NCBI RefSeq assembly: GCF_044704955.1
Contig: NC_091985.1
Coordinates: 201,314,001-201,378,000 of the forward strand
Origin: Pristiophorus japonicus
Lineage: Eukaryota
DNA length: 64,000 nucleotides
Direction of reading: 5' to 3'
In this document: piece after piece, positions 47,124 to 59,585 of the stretch
Position numbering within the stretch: the first letter of the stretch is position 1
How the letters are laid out: each line of letters starts with the position of its first letter
Translations under genes and position numbers: made by a program
The notes under the pieces: generated by a model
The model's database searches: none
Told to the model about the DNA's origin: nothing
What the model saw: only the letters and a program-made list of their open reading frames with translations

Positions 47124-47409
47124 TCCTGGCTCAAGGTCAAGCATGGGCAAGGAAACCTCCTGCTGATGACCACCTACCGCCCTCCTTCAGCTGACGAATC
47201 AGTACTCCTCCATGTTGAACACTTGGAAGAAGCACTGAGAGTAGCAAGGTGCACAGAATGTACTCTGGGTGGGGGACTTCAATGTCCATCAAGACTGGCT
47301 CGGTAGCACCACTACTAATCGATCTGGCAAAGTCCCGAAGGACATAACTGTCAGACTGGGCCTGCAGCAGGTGGTGAGAGAACCAACGCGAGGGGAAAAA
47401 CCTACTTGC
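47119..47409 (+). mobile_element. Second-family LINE endonuclease fragment
   Basis: VSWLKVKHGQGNLLLMTTYRPP..GDFNVH..EPTRG. Confidence 0.8.
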
Positions 47410-47750
47410 GCCCATCCCTTCGGAAAGGGTGTGAGAGTGCGATCAGCGGTAAGACGACAAAGGGCATGAGTCAGCCAAGCAGCTGGACTTCGGAAAGGGC
47501 GCGAGAGTGGGAGCAGCGGTAAGCCTACACAGGGCGTGAGTCAGCTGAGCAGACAGCCGAAACAGCACCAAGTAACCTGGTAGGATAAGAAGTAAAAAGA
47601 TTCAAAATGTGATGTCACAGGAAAGCGGGGAAGTAATTGGTTGGTCAGTTTCTCTCTTTTCTTGGGCATTGGTTTAAATTAAGAGCTGGGATTAAAAATC
47701 TAACGTGAAAAATTAATTAAATACATTAGAGATGGCAGGGCAAGCGATGT

Positions 47751-49532
47751 AGAAACACAGAAAATAGGTGCAGGAGTAGGCCATCCGGTCCTTCCAGCCT
47801 GCACCACCATTCAATAAGATCATCGCTGATTATTTTCAGTACCCCGTTCCTGCTTTCTCTCCATACCCCTTGATCCCTTGAGATGCAAGGGCCATATCTA
47901 ACTCCCTCTTGAATATATCCAATGAACTGGCATCAACAACTCTCTGCGGTAAGGAATTCCATAGGTTAACAACTCACTGAGTGAAGAAGTTCCTCCTCAT
48001 CTCAGTCCTAAATGGCTTACCCCTTATCCTTAAGACTGTGACCCCTGGTTCTGGACTTCCCCAACATCGGGAACATTCTTCCTGCATCTAACCTGTCCAG
48101 TCCCGTCAGAATTTTATATGTTTCTATGAGATCCCCTCTCATGCTTCTAAACTCCAGTGAATACAGGCCCAGTCGATCCAGTCCCTCCTCATATGTCTGT
48201 TCTGCCATCCCAGGAATCAGTCTGGTGAACCTTCGCTGCACTCCCTCAATCGCAAGAATGTCCTTCCTCAGATTAGGAGACCAAAACTGAACATAATATT
48301 CCAGGGGAGGCCTCACCAAGTCCCTGTACAACTGCAGTAAGACTTCCCTGCTCCTATACTCAAATCCCCTAGCTATGAAGGCCAACATACCATTTGCCTT
48401 CTTCACCGCCCGCTGTACCTGCATGCCAACTTTCAATGACTGATGTATCATGACACCCAGGTCTCGCTGCACCTCCCCTTTTCCTAATCTGCCGCCATTC
48501 AGATAATATTCTGCCTTTGTGTTTTTGCCCCCAAAGTGGATAACCTCACATTTATCCACATTATACTGCATCTGCCATATATTTGCCCACTCGCCTAACC
48601 TGTCCAAATCACCCTGCAGCCTCTTAGCGTCCTCTTCACAGCTCACACCGCCATCCAGTTTAGTGTCATCGGCAAACTTGGAGATATTACACTCAATTCC
48701 ATCATCCAAATCATTAATATACATTGTAAAGAGCTGGGGTCCCAGCACTGAGCCCTGCGGCACTCCACTAGTCACTGCCTGCCATTCTGAAAAAGACCTG
48801 TTAATCTCGACTCTCTGCTTCCTGTCTGCCAACCAGTTCTCTATCCACATCAGAACATTACCCCCAATACCATGTGCTTTGATTTTTCACACCAATCTCT
48901 TGTGTGGGACCTTGTCAAAAGCCTTTTGAAAGTCCAAATACACCACATCCACTGGTTCTACCCTGTCCACTCTACTAGTTACATCCTCAAAAAATTCCAG
49001 AAGATTTGTCAAGCATGATTTCCCTTCATTAATTCATGCTGACTTGGACCAATCCTATCACTGCTTTCCAAATGTGCTGCTATTTCATCCTTAATGATTG
49101 ATTCCAACATTTTCCCCACTACTGATGTCAGGCTAACTGGTCTATAATTACCCGTTTTCTCTCTTCCTCCTTTTTTAAAAAGTGGTGTTACATTAGCTAC
49201 CCTCCAGTCCATAGGAACTGATCCAGAGTCGATAGACTGTTGGAAAATAATCACCAATGCATCCACTATTTCTAGGGCCACTTCATTAAGTACTCTAGGA
49301 TGCAGACTATCAGGCCCCGGGGATTTATCGTCCTTCAATCCCATCAATTTCTCGAACACAATTTCCCGCTTAATTAGGATATCCTTCAGTTCCTCCTTCT
49401 CACTAGACCTTCGGACCCCTAGTACATCCAGAAGGTTATTTGTGTCTTCCTGTGTGAAGACAGAACCAAAGTACTTGTTCAATTGGTCTGCCATTTCTTT
49501 GTTCCCCATTATAAATTCACCCGAATCTGACT
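47751..49532 (-). mobile_element. CR1, 5'-truncated, inserted in ORF1 of host CR1
   Basis: ORFs 48017..48850 and 49009..49671. Confidence 0.92.
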
Positions 49533-51389
49533 GTGTTACTGCTGCTGCAGGTGGGAGCTGGTTGACCCCATTGAGGTCCACGGCAACCACATCTGCAGTA
49601 AGTGTTGGTTTCTCGAGGAACTTCAGCTCCGCGTTGATGAGCTGGAGTCCGAGCTGCAGACACTGCGACACATCAGGGAGGGGGAGAGTTACCTGGACGC
49701 TGTGTTCCAGGAGGCAATCACACCCCTTAGATTAATTAATTCAAATTTGGTCCATGGTTAGGAACAGGAGGGTGTGACTACGAGCAAGGCAGCTGTGGGG
49801 ACCCAGGAGGTAGTGATGGAGGAGCTTCAGCTCTTGCAATTATCCAACAGGTACGAGATTCGTGCTCCCTGCTTGGACGAGGGCAGGGACTGCAGGGAGG
49901 ATGAGCAAACTGACCACAGCGCCGTGGTACAGGAGGACATTCAAGTGGGGGGAGTAAAAAGAAATGTTGCAGTGATAGGAAAGAGTATAGTTTCGGAGAT
50001 AGATACTGTTCTCTGCAGCCGAGAGCGTGAGTCCCGAAGGCTGTGATGCCTGCGAAGTGCATGGTTCAGGACATCGCCCTTGGGCTGGAGAGGAACTTGG
50101 AGTGGGAGGGGGAAGATCCAGTTGTCGTGGGCCACGTAGGTACTAATGACATAGGTAGAACAAAGAAAGAGGTTCTGCTGAGAGAGTTTAAAAAGCAGAA
50201 CCACGAAGGCAATAATCTCTGGATTACTACCTGAGCCACGTGCAAATGTGCATCGGGTAAATAAGATCAGAGAGATGAACACGTGGCTCAAAGGCTGGTG
50301 TGGGAGAAATGGGTTTCGATTCATGGGGCACTGGCACCAGTACCGGGGCAAGAGGGAGCTGTTCCGTTGGGATGGGCTTCACTTGAACCAGGCTGGTGCT
50401 AATGTCCTGGCGAAGCAAATAACTAGGGCTGTAAAGAGGGCTTTAAACTAAATAGGTCGGGGGGGGGGAGCGGTGGATGGGGGGGGGGAGGGTTCAGGTG
50501 AGAGGAAATTTAAAAAGTCAAAGAGCAAGGAGAAGGCAATAGAGCAGGGTAGCACTGTGGGAAATGAGAATCAGACTGTGACAGGAAAAGACAGAATGTA
50601 TAAAAATAAGAGTGTAACAGAAAGTAGGGTCAAAGCAGGGAAAAATGGTAAAAAGTCAAAATTAAAAGTTCTTTATCTGAATGCACGCAGCATTCGTAAC
50701 AAGATAGATGAGTTGACGGCACAAATAGATACAAATGGGTATGATCTGATAGCCATTACAGAGACGTGGTTGCAAGATGACCAAGGCTGGGAACTAAATA
50801 TTCAGGGGTATTTAACAATTCAGAAGGATAGACAGAAAGGAAAAGGTCAGGTAGTTCTGTTAATAAACGATGAGATCAGTGCAGTGGTGAGAAATGATTT
50901 GGGCTCAGAAGATCAAGATGTAGAATCAATTTGGGTATAGATAAGAAATAATAAGGGGAAGAAGTCACTGGTGGGCGTAGTCTATAGGCCCCCTAACAGT
51001 AGCTGCACTGTTGGATGGAGTATAAATCAAGAAACAATGGAGGCTTGTAAGAAAGGTACGGCAATAATCACGGGCGATTTTAAGCTTCATATTGATTAGA
51101 CAAATCAAATTGGCCAAGGTAGACTTGAGGAAGAGTTTATAAGAGTGTATCTGGGATGGTCTCCTTGAACAGTACGTTGCAGAACCAACCAGGGAGCAGG
51201 CTATCTTAGATCTGGTATTGTGTAATGAGACAAGATTAATAAATGATCTCATAGTAAAGGATCCTCAAGGAAAATGTGAACATAACATGGTTGAATTTCA
51301 AATTTAGTTGGAGAGTGAGAAAGTCAGTTCTCAAACCAGTGTCCTGATTCTAAATAAAGGCGACTGCAAAGCTATGAAAGCAGAACTAG

Positions 51390-52016
51390 GGATGTTCGCT
51401 GATGACTGCACAGTATTCAGTTCCATTCGCAACTCCTCAGGTAATGGAGCAGTCCATGCCCGCATACAGCAAGACCTGGACAACATTCAGGCTGGGGCTG
51501 ATAAGTGACACAGAAACATAGAAAACAGGTGCAGGAGTAGGCCATTCGGCCCTTCGAGCCTGCACCACCATTCAATAAGATCATGGCTGATCATTCCCTC
51601 AGTACCCCTTTCCTGCTTTCTCTCCATACCCCTTGATCCCTTTAGCCGTAAGGGCCATATCTAACTCCCTCTTGAACATATCCAATGAACTGGCATCAAC
51701 AACTCTTGCGGTCGGGAATTCCATAGGTTAACAACTCACTGAGTGAAGAAGTTCCTCCTCATCTCAGTCCTAAATGGCTTACCCCTTATCCTTAAGACTG
51801 TGACCCCTGGTTCTGGACTTCCCCAACATCGGGAACATTCTTCCTGCATCTAACCTGTCCAATCGTCAGAATTTTATTTGTTTCAATGAGATCCCCTCTC
51901 ATTCTTCTAAATTCCAGTGAATATAAGCCTAGTCGATACAGTCTTTCTTCATATGTCAGTCCTACCATCCCGGTAATCAGTCTGGTGAACCTTCGCTGCA
52001 TTCCCTCAATAGCAAG
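51390..52016. mobile_element. Second-family LINE RT fragment (+, 51390-51508) and CR1 3' fragment (-, 51511-52016)
   Basis: MFADDCTVFSS..ADK; CR1 tail agaaacatagaaaacagg. Confidence 0.8.
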
Positions 52017-54156
52017 TGTAAAAGAAGATAGCCATCCGTGGCTAACTAAAGAAATAAAGGATGGTATCCAATTAAAAACAAGGGCATACAAAGTGGCCAA
52101 AACTAGTGGGAGGACAGAAGACTGGGAAGCTTTTAAAAGTCAGCAAAGAACGACTAAAAAAATGATTAAGAAAGGGAAGATAGACTATGAAAGTAAACTA
52201 GCACAAACTATAAAAACAGTCTCTATTGGTATATAAAAAGGAAAAGAGTGGCTAAAGTAAATTTTGGTGCCTTAGAGGACGAGACCGGGGAATTAGTAAT
52301 GGGGAACATGGAGATGGCAGAAACTCTGAACAGATATTTTCTATCAGTCTTTACGATAGAGGACACTAACAATATTCCAACAGTGGATAGTCAAGGGGCT
52401 ATATGGGGGAAGGAACTTAACACAATCACAATCACTAAGAAGGTGGTACTCAGTAAGATAATGGGACTAAAGGCAGATAAATCCCCTGGACCTGATGGCT
52501 TGCATATGTGGGTCTTAAGAGAAGTAGCGGCAGGGATTGTGGATGCATTGGTTGTAATTTACCAAAATTCCCTGGATTCTGGGGAGGTCCCAGCAGATTG
52601 AAAAACTGCAAATGTAACACCCCTATTTGAAAAAGGAGGCAGACAAAAAGCAGGAAACTATAGACCAGTTAGCCTAACATCTGTGGTTGGGAAAATTTTG
52701 GAGTCCATTATTAAAGAAGCAGTAGCAGTTCATTTGGATGAGCAAAATTGGTCGGCAGAATCAGCATGGATTTATGAAGGGGAAGTCATGTGTGACAAAT
52801 TTGCTGGAGTTCTTTGAGGATGTAAGGAACAGGGTGGATAAAGGGGAACCAGTGGATGTGGTGTATTTGGACTTCCAGAAGGTATTTGACAAGGTGTCAC
52901 GTAAAAGGTTACTGCACAAGATAAAAGTTCACGGTGTTGGGTGTAATATATTAGCATGGATAGAGGATTGGCTAACTAACAGAACAGAGTCAGGATAAAT
53001 GGTTCATTCTCTGGTTGGCAACCAGTAACTAGTGGGGTGACACAGGGATCAGTGCTGTGACCTCAACTATTTACAATTTATATTAACGACTTGGAGGAAG
53101 GGATCGAGTGTAACGTAGCCAAGTTTGCTGACGATACAAAGATGGGAGGAAAAGCAACGTGTGAGGAGATAACAAAAAAATCTGAGAAGGATATAGACAG
53201 GCAAAGTGAGTGGGCAAAAATTTGGCAGATGGAGTATAATGTTGGAAAGTGTGAGGTCATGCACTTTGGCAGAAAAAAAATCAAAGAGCAAGTTATTATT
53301 TAAATAGAGAAAGATTGCCAAGTGCTGCAGTACAGCGGGACCTGGGGTTACTTGTGCATTAAACACAAAAGGATAGTATGCAGGTACAGCAAGTGATCAG
53401 GAAGGCCAATGGTATCTTGGCCTTTATTGCAAAGGGGATGGAGTATAAAAGCAGGTAAGTCTTGCTACAGCTATACAAGGTATTGGTGAGGCCACACCTG
53501 GAACAGTGTGTGCAGTTTTGGGTTCCATATTTGCGAAAGGATATACTTGCTTTGGAGGCAGTTCAGAGAAGGTTCATTCGGTTGATTCCGGGGATGAGGG
53601 AGGGTTGACTTATGAGGAAAGGTTGAGTAGGTTGGGCCTCTACTCATTGGAGTTCAGAAGAATGAGAGGCGATCTTATCGAAACGTATAAGACTTTGAGG
53701 GGGCTCGACAAGGTGGATGCAGAGAGGATGTTTCCACTGATGGGGGAGACTAGAACTAGAGGTCATGATCTTAGAATAAGTGGCCGTCCATTTAAAAAGG
53801 AGATTAGGAGAAATTTGTTCTCTGAGGGTTATAAATCTGTGGAATTCGCTGCCTCAGAGAGCTGTGGAAGCTGGGACATTGAATAAATTTAAGACAGAAA
53901 TAGACAGTTTCTTAAACGATAAGGGGATAAGGGTTTATGGGGAGTAGGCGGGGAAGTGGAGCTGAGTCCATGATCAAATCAGCCATAATCTTATTGAATG
54001 GCGGAGCAGGCTCGAGGGGCCGTATGGCCTACTCCTGATCCTATTTCTTATGTACACTGTCTAACGAAACGCTCCCAGGGCAGGTGCAGCATGGGTTAGA
54101 TACAGAGCAAATCTCCCTCTACACTGTCCCATCAAACACTCCAAGGGCAGGTATGG

Positions 54157-55745
54157 AACAGAAGAAATAGGAGCAGAGTAGACCATTTGACCCCTCGAGC
54201 CTGCTCCGCCATTCAATAATATCATGGCTGATCAGATCCAGGCCTCAACTCCACTTCCCCGCCCACTCCCCATAACCCTCGACTCCCTTATCGTTCAAAA
54301 ATCTGCCTATCCCCACCTTAAATACATTCAATGACCCAGCTCCCACAGCTCTCTGAGGTAGCGAATTCCAAAGATTCACATCCCTCAGACAAGAAATTGC
54401 TCCTGATTTCCCTTTTAAATGAGCGAGCTCTTATTCTGAAACTATGCCCCCCAGTGTTAGATTCCCCCACGTGGGGAAGCATCTTCTCTGTATCTACCCT
54501 GTCAAGCCCCCTCAGAATCTTATACGTTTCAATAAAATCACCTCTACGTCTTCTAAACTCCAATGAGTACAGGCCCAACCTGCTCAACCTTTCTCATTAT
54601 GACAACCCCTTCATCTCAGCAATGAACCTCGTGAACCTTCTCTGAACTGCCTCCAGTGCAAGTATATCCTTCCTGAAATAAGGAGACCAAAACTGTACGT
54701 AGTACTCCAGATGTGGTCTTACCAATGTCATGTACATTTGCAGCAGGACTTTCCTAATTTTATATTCCATCCCCCTTGTAATAAAGGCCACCATTCCATT
54801 TGCCTTCCTAATTAATTGCTGTAACTGCATGCTAAATTCTTGTGTTTCATGTACAAGGATCCCCAGATCCCGCTATACACGGCATTTTGTATTCTCTCCC
54901 TGTTAGCGTTAGTGTTTTCTCAGAAGAATCACTCAACACTCAGAGTCGGTTCCAACGCCTGGCGGCCTTTATTACGCTCAGCGGGGAGGAAAAACTCAGG
55001 ACCGTATCCAGGTTTCTCTCCACCGAACAAAGGGTTACATGCACCTTTATATGTTTCACAACAGTTACAAAACAGTTTACTACAGCTACACAGCCCATCA
55101 CGGCTGGACACAAGCCAATCACAACGATTATAGATTACATATAGGTTCTTTTAACCCAATAGAATTCCCCTATTATCCCGGGAACCATATGTTCGGTTAT
55201 TGTCAGCTTGGGCTGATCGATGACTTTATAGGTTCTCTCCCTAGTTCTTTCATCTGGGAGAAATAATTGGTTTATAACCTTGTTTCCAGGAGATGGTTTC
55301 CCTCTTATCTTTCTTCCTGGGGAATTAATTGGTTTATGACCTTGTTCACAGGAGATGGTTTCCTTCTCATCTCTGTCTTCCCGCATCCCAGGCATTCCTA
55401 TAGTGGGCCTCACAGGGTTATTGCTTGGTCATTGAACGTTCAACAGTTCACAGCTTGACTACCTGATTTCCCATCATGCCTGGGCAGCCATTTTACGTAT
55501 GTGTCCATTTTAAGCTTATGTGAGTTTTAAATATCCAGCAGGTGCCCAATGCCTAGTTATATATATATATATTTCTACTCTCTACAACACTCCCCATTTA
55601 AATAATAATTTGTTTTTTTATTTCTCCTACCAAAGTGAATAAGCTCACATTTTCCCACATTATACTCCATCTGCCAAAGTATTGCCCACTCACTGAGCCT
55701 ATCTATATCCCTTTGTAGATTATTGGAATCCTCGTCACAACTTGC
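54157..55745 (-). mobile_element. CR1 3' fragment interrupted by solo LTR
   Basis: ORFs 54318..54587, 54597..54830, 55575..55769. Confidence 0.85.
54901..55589 (-). mobile_element. Solo LTR (689 bp)
   Basis: Termini TGTT...AACA, 5-bp TSD CTCCC (54896-54900, 55590-55594), minus-strand TATAAA (55046-55051) then AATAAA (54968-54973). Confidence 0.85.
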
Positions 55746-56587
55746 TAGGTTAGCACAGTTTAGATACACAGTAAATCTCCGTCTACATTATCCCATCAAA
55801 CACTCCCAGAGCAGGTATAGCACGGGTTAGTTACAGAGAAAAGCTCCCTCCAAACTGTTCCATCAAACACTCTCAGGGCAGGTAGAGCATGGGTTAGATA
55901 CAGTGTAAATCTCCCTCTAAACTGTCCCATCAAACACTCTCAGGGCAGGTACAGCACGGATTAGATAAATTGTAAAGTTCCCACTACACTGTCCCATCAA
56001 ATACTCCCAAGGCAATTACAGTATGGGTTAGATACAGAGAAAAGCTCTCTCTAAACTGTCCCGTCAAACTCTGCCTGAACAGGTACAACATGGGTTAGAT
56101 ACTGCGTAAAGCTCCCTTTACATTGTCCCGTCAAAAACTCCCAGGGCAGGTACGGTACTGGTTAGATACAGAGTAAAGCTCCATCTACACTGACCCAACA
56201 AACACTCCCAGGGCAGGTACAGCATAGGTTAGATACAGAGTAAAGCTCCCTATCCATTGTCCCATCAAACAGTCCCAGGGGCAGGTACAGCACGGGCTAG
56301 ATAAAGGGGAAATCTTCCTCTACACTATCCCATCAAACACTCGCAGGGAAGGTACAGCATGGATTAGATACAGCATAAAGCTCCCTCTACACTGTCCCAT
56401 CAAACACACCCAGGGCAGGTACAGCATGGGTTAGATACAAAGTAAAGTCCCCTCTGCACTGAGCCATCAAATACTTGCAGGACAGGTAAAGCACAGGTCA
56501 GATACAGAGTAAAACTCCATCGACATTATCCCATCAAACACTCCCAGGACAGGTACAGCATGGGTTAGATGCAGAGTAAATCTCCCT

Positions 56588-56686
56588 TATTACAACAGTG
56601 ACTTCAATCCAAAAGTACTTCATTGGCTGTAAAGCGCTTTGAGAGGTCCGGTGGTCGTGAAATGCACCAAATAAATCCAAGTCTTT
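56588..56686 (+). mobile_element. DeuSINE/SacSINE-like 3' tail
   Basis: ttacaacagtgact..aaaagtacttcattggctgtaaagcgcttt. Confidence 0.6.
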
Positions 56687-57534
56687 CTCCCTCTACACTG
56701 TCCCATCAGACACTGCCAGCCCATAATGAGCTGGGGTCAGTGAGGTTAGTCGCTAGGCACTGCAGTGATGTCATAAAGCAGGGCCATTTAAAGGTGGAGA
56801 GCTGGGACATCCTGTCTCAACACACATCCCGCTGTTCATACTGAGAATCCCCGGGAAAGGTCCAGGGCCCAGAGTGTGGAACACAACCAAGGGGGAAAGA
56901 GAAGGAGAGACGGTGCAGTGTGGGAGATGAGGGAGGAGTCTGCTCATTCCCAGGGGCAGATCAGACAAAGTGCTTTGAGTGGTGGGTCCAGCAATGAAAC
57001 TGAAAACAAACCAAAGGGAATAAATAAAGATCCAATCCAAGGGAACAAGCAACAGGTCATTGGGCAGAAATCACAACCGGCCTAAAGTTATTCAATGGGC
57101 GAACATCGATTGCTTATTGTGGAAAGTTCCACACTTCAACCATCCATTGAGTGAAGAAATGTTTCCGAACATCTCTCTTGAATGGCCTGGCTCTGATTTT
57201 AAGGTTATGTCCCCTCGTCCTAGACACCCCAAGCAGCAGAATAAATTTCTCGCTATCTCCCCTAGCAGTTGCTTTCAAATTCACATTAAATTCCCAGAGA
57301 CTAGGTGGAGTATGGGTTGGATACAGAGTAAAGTTCCCTCTACACTGCCACTGGGCGAACTTCAGTGTCCACCCAGAGTGCACTGGACAGCTTATCAATT
57401 AAAATTCAGCAGCAGTACGATCTGTCACTGCACTGAGAACTTTCCACCCGCAGCTCCTGATCAGTTTCAGGTTAAAGCTCCCTCTAAACTGTCCCAGGGC
57501 AGGGACAGCAAGAATTAGATACACAGTAAATCTG

Positions 57535-57630
57535 TGTCAGAGGAACTGTACCCCAGTGAGAGTCGGTGCCAGAGGAAACTGTACCCCAGTGAGAGTCGGT
57601 GCCAGAGGAAACTGTACCCTAGTGAGAGTC
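57535..57630. repeat. 33-bp tandem repeat x~3 (GTGCCAGAGGAAACTGTACCCCAGTGAGAGTCG)
   Basis: Direct repeats visible. Confidence 0.8.
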
Positions 57631-57657
57631 ATTACAATTCGAAATATCTTCAGTTAT

Positions 57658-58660
57658 CAGCAACAAATTGCATTAATATCGTGCCTTAAAAGTAGTAAAA
57701 TGTCCCAAGGCAATTCACAGGACCGTTATCAAACAAAATTTGACATCCAGTCACGTAAGGAAATATTAGCACAAGTGACTAAAAGCTTATTCAAAAGGGT
57801 AGGTATTAAGGAGTGTTATAGAGAGGTTTAGGAAGGGAATTCCAGAGCTTATGGCCTCAGCAGCTGAAGGTACGGCCACCAATATTGGAGGGATGAAAAT
57901 TGGGGCTGCTCAAGAGGCCAGAATTGGAGGAATGGAAAGATCTCTGAGGGTTGTAGGGTTGGAGGAGGTTACAGCAATAGGGAGGGACAAGGTCCTGGTC
58001 GGATGTCAAAACAAGGATAAGAATTTTGAAATTGAGGCACTGATGGTGCAGGAGCCAATGTAGTTCAGCGAGCTCAGGGGTGATGGGTGAAGGGAAATTG
58101 ATACAAGTTGGGATGAGAGGGCTGAGGACAGATTGAGTAGAATAGGCCTATATTCTCTGGAGTTTAGAAGAATGGAAGGTGATATCATTGAAACATAGAA
58201 TTCTTAGAAAAATTGACAAGGGCCGGATAGTCTCGAACTAGGGATCGATCCTAGTATTAGGATGAGATCGCCTATTTAAGACTGAGATGAGAAGATATTA
58301 AGATATTTCTTCACTTAAGAGTTGTGAATCTTTGAAATTCTCTATCGAATAGAGATCTTACTATATGGCAGAGTAGATGGGAGGGGTCGTATGGCCTACG
58401 CCTGCTATTTCTTGTGAAACTGAGTAAGGATACGGGCAGGAGTGTTTTTGATAAGATTAAGTTTACGGAGAGTGCGTGGTGTGATGCCGATCAGGAAAGC
58501 ACTGGAATAGTCTAATGTCGTGGTAACAGAGGTATGGATGAGGAAGGGGCAGAGACCGGCGATTTTATGGAGCTGGAAGTAAGCGTACTCGGTGATTGAG
58601 GGAATATGGGTCCAGAAGCTCACCTCGGGGTCAAGTACGACGCCAATAAATAAATTGCAA
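57658..58660 (-). mobile_element. Old L2-type LINE 3' region with embedded CR1 fragment (~58120-58410, +)
   Basis: Similar to 60810-61180 and 62078-62590; LIHTSVTTTLDYSSAFL L2-like motif. Confidence 0.6.
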
Positions 58661-58896
58661 TTCTCCGTATCTCTGTTTCAGTATATTAGAAAACTACATA
58701 TCTCTAGTGATCGATTAATCGGAAATGTTTCAATATTAGTAGTTATCAATATATTTTCTTATAATTCTAAATGTTCATGAATGAATAATTGATTCTGTCA
58801 GTGATAGGCCGTGCTGGTATTTCAGATTGGTCTGTGCATCATGATCAGTGAATTGACGACGTGCTTCCAGTTCAACCTTTCCATTGGCTTTCTCAC

Positions 58897-59395
58897 CAGA
58901 TGGGAAATATTTGAACATTGAGATCTGATGGTGTCGGTGTGACTTCAGTCCCACCGAATGTACAGAGACGGGTCCATCTGCTGGGCTCTGCCTCAAACTG
59001 GAGTCACCTCTTAGATCAAAGCCCTTTAATCTAAAACACACAAGATTCACTGTGACTGTGTGTTTACAGACAGAAACTGATCTCACTTCACATCCATTGC
59101 ACGGCCTCATGCTGGATAATTGTGCTCGGTGGTCAGTCTCTCCCAGTCTCATTTCCTGCCTTACCTTGTAACCTGTGTGTACAGTCTACAGGATCGGTGT
59201 ATATCTGAGTAAATGGCACTTTCTCTTACCTTTCTCCCCAGTCAATCTATTGAAGCACTTTCAATCGGAAGGGGCTCCCTGGTTGGTGCTCTCACAATCC
59301 TGTGCTGGTTCACCTGCTGTTGTTCCTCAGTCCACTATCCATGTTTCCTTCCAGCTGTGGAACTTTCTCAATCACTCCGCCATTCACCGGGAGAT
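58897..59395 (-). other. Two putative non-coding exons (59395-59230 and 59030-58897)
   Basis: Acceptors cataattag| and gtgtgttttag|; donors AG|GTAAGA and TG|GTGAGA. Confidence 0.4.
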
Positions 59396-59585
59396 CTAAT
59401 TATGACAGGGCAGAAAATTAGAAGAATATTAATGTTGTGAAGTGGAATGTAGTGTAAAGTATTTTTCCAACGTTTCAGAAAAGTATATGCCCAATATTTC
59501 TGTTTGATTTTATCCTTTTCCTCAGATCTCTGTCCCGCCCGTCTGTACTTACAGAAAATCACCAGAATTCTCCCCGGCTTACATG

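Larger units (their letters stand above)
47415..54055 (+). mobile_element. Full-length older CR1 (5' UTR monomers, SGNH ORF1, ORF2) interrupted by nested elements
   Basis: 70-bp monomers at 47418/47488; ORF1 MAGQAM at 47732 resumes at ~49533 (CYCCC..CSKC..GTND..DGLH); ORF2 50473-51390 and 52017-54055. Confidence 0.85.
54056..56590. repeat. 67-bp minisatellite (CAGGGCAGGTACAGCACGGGTTAGATACAGAGTAAAGCTCCCTCTACACTGTCCCATCAAACACTCC)n, split by a CR1; main array 55747-56590
   Basis: TTAG(A/T)TACA recurs at 55760, 55827, 55894...; relics at ~56685 and 57310-57530. Confidence 0.9.
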
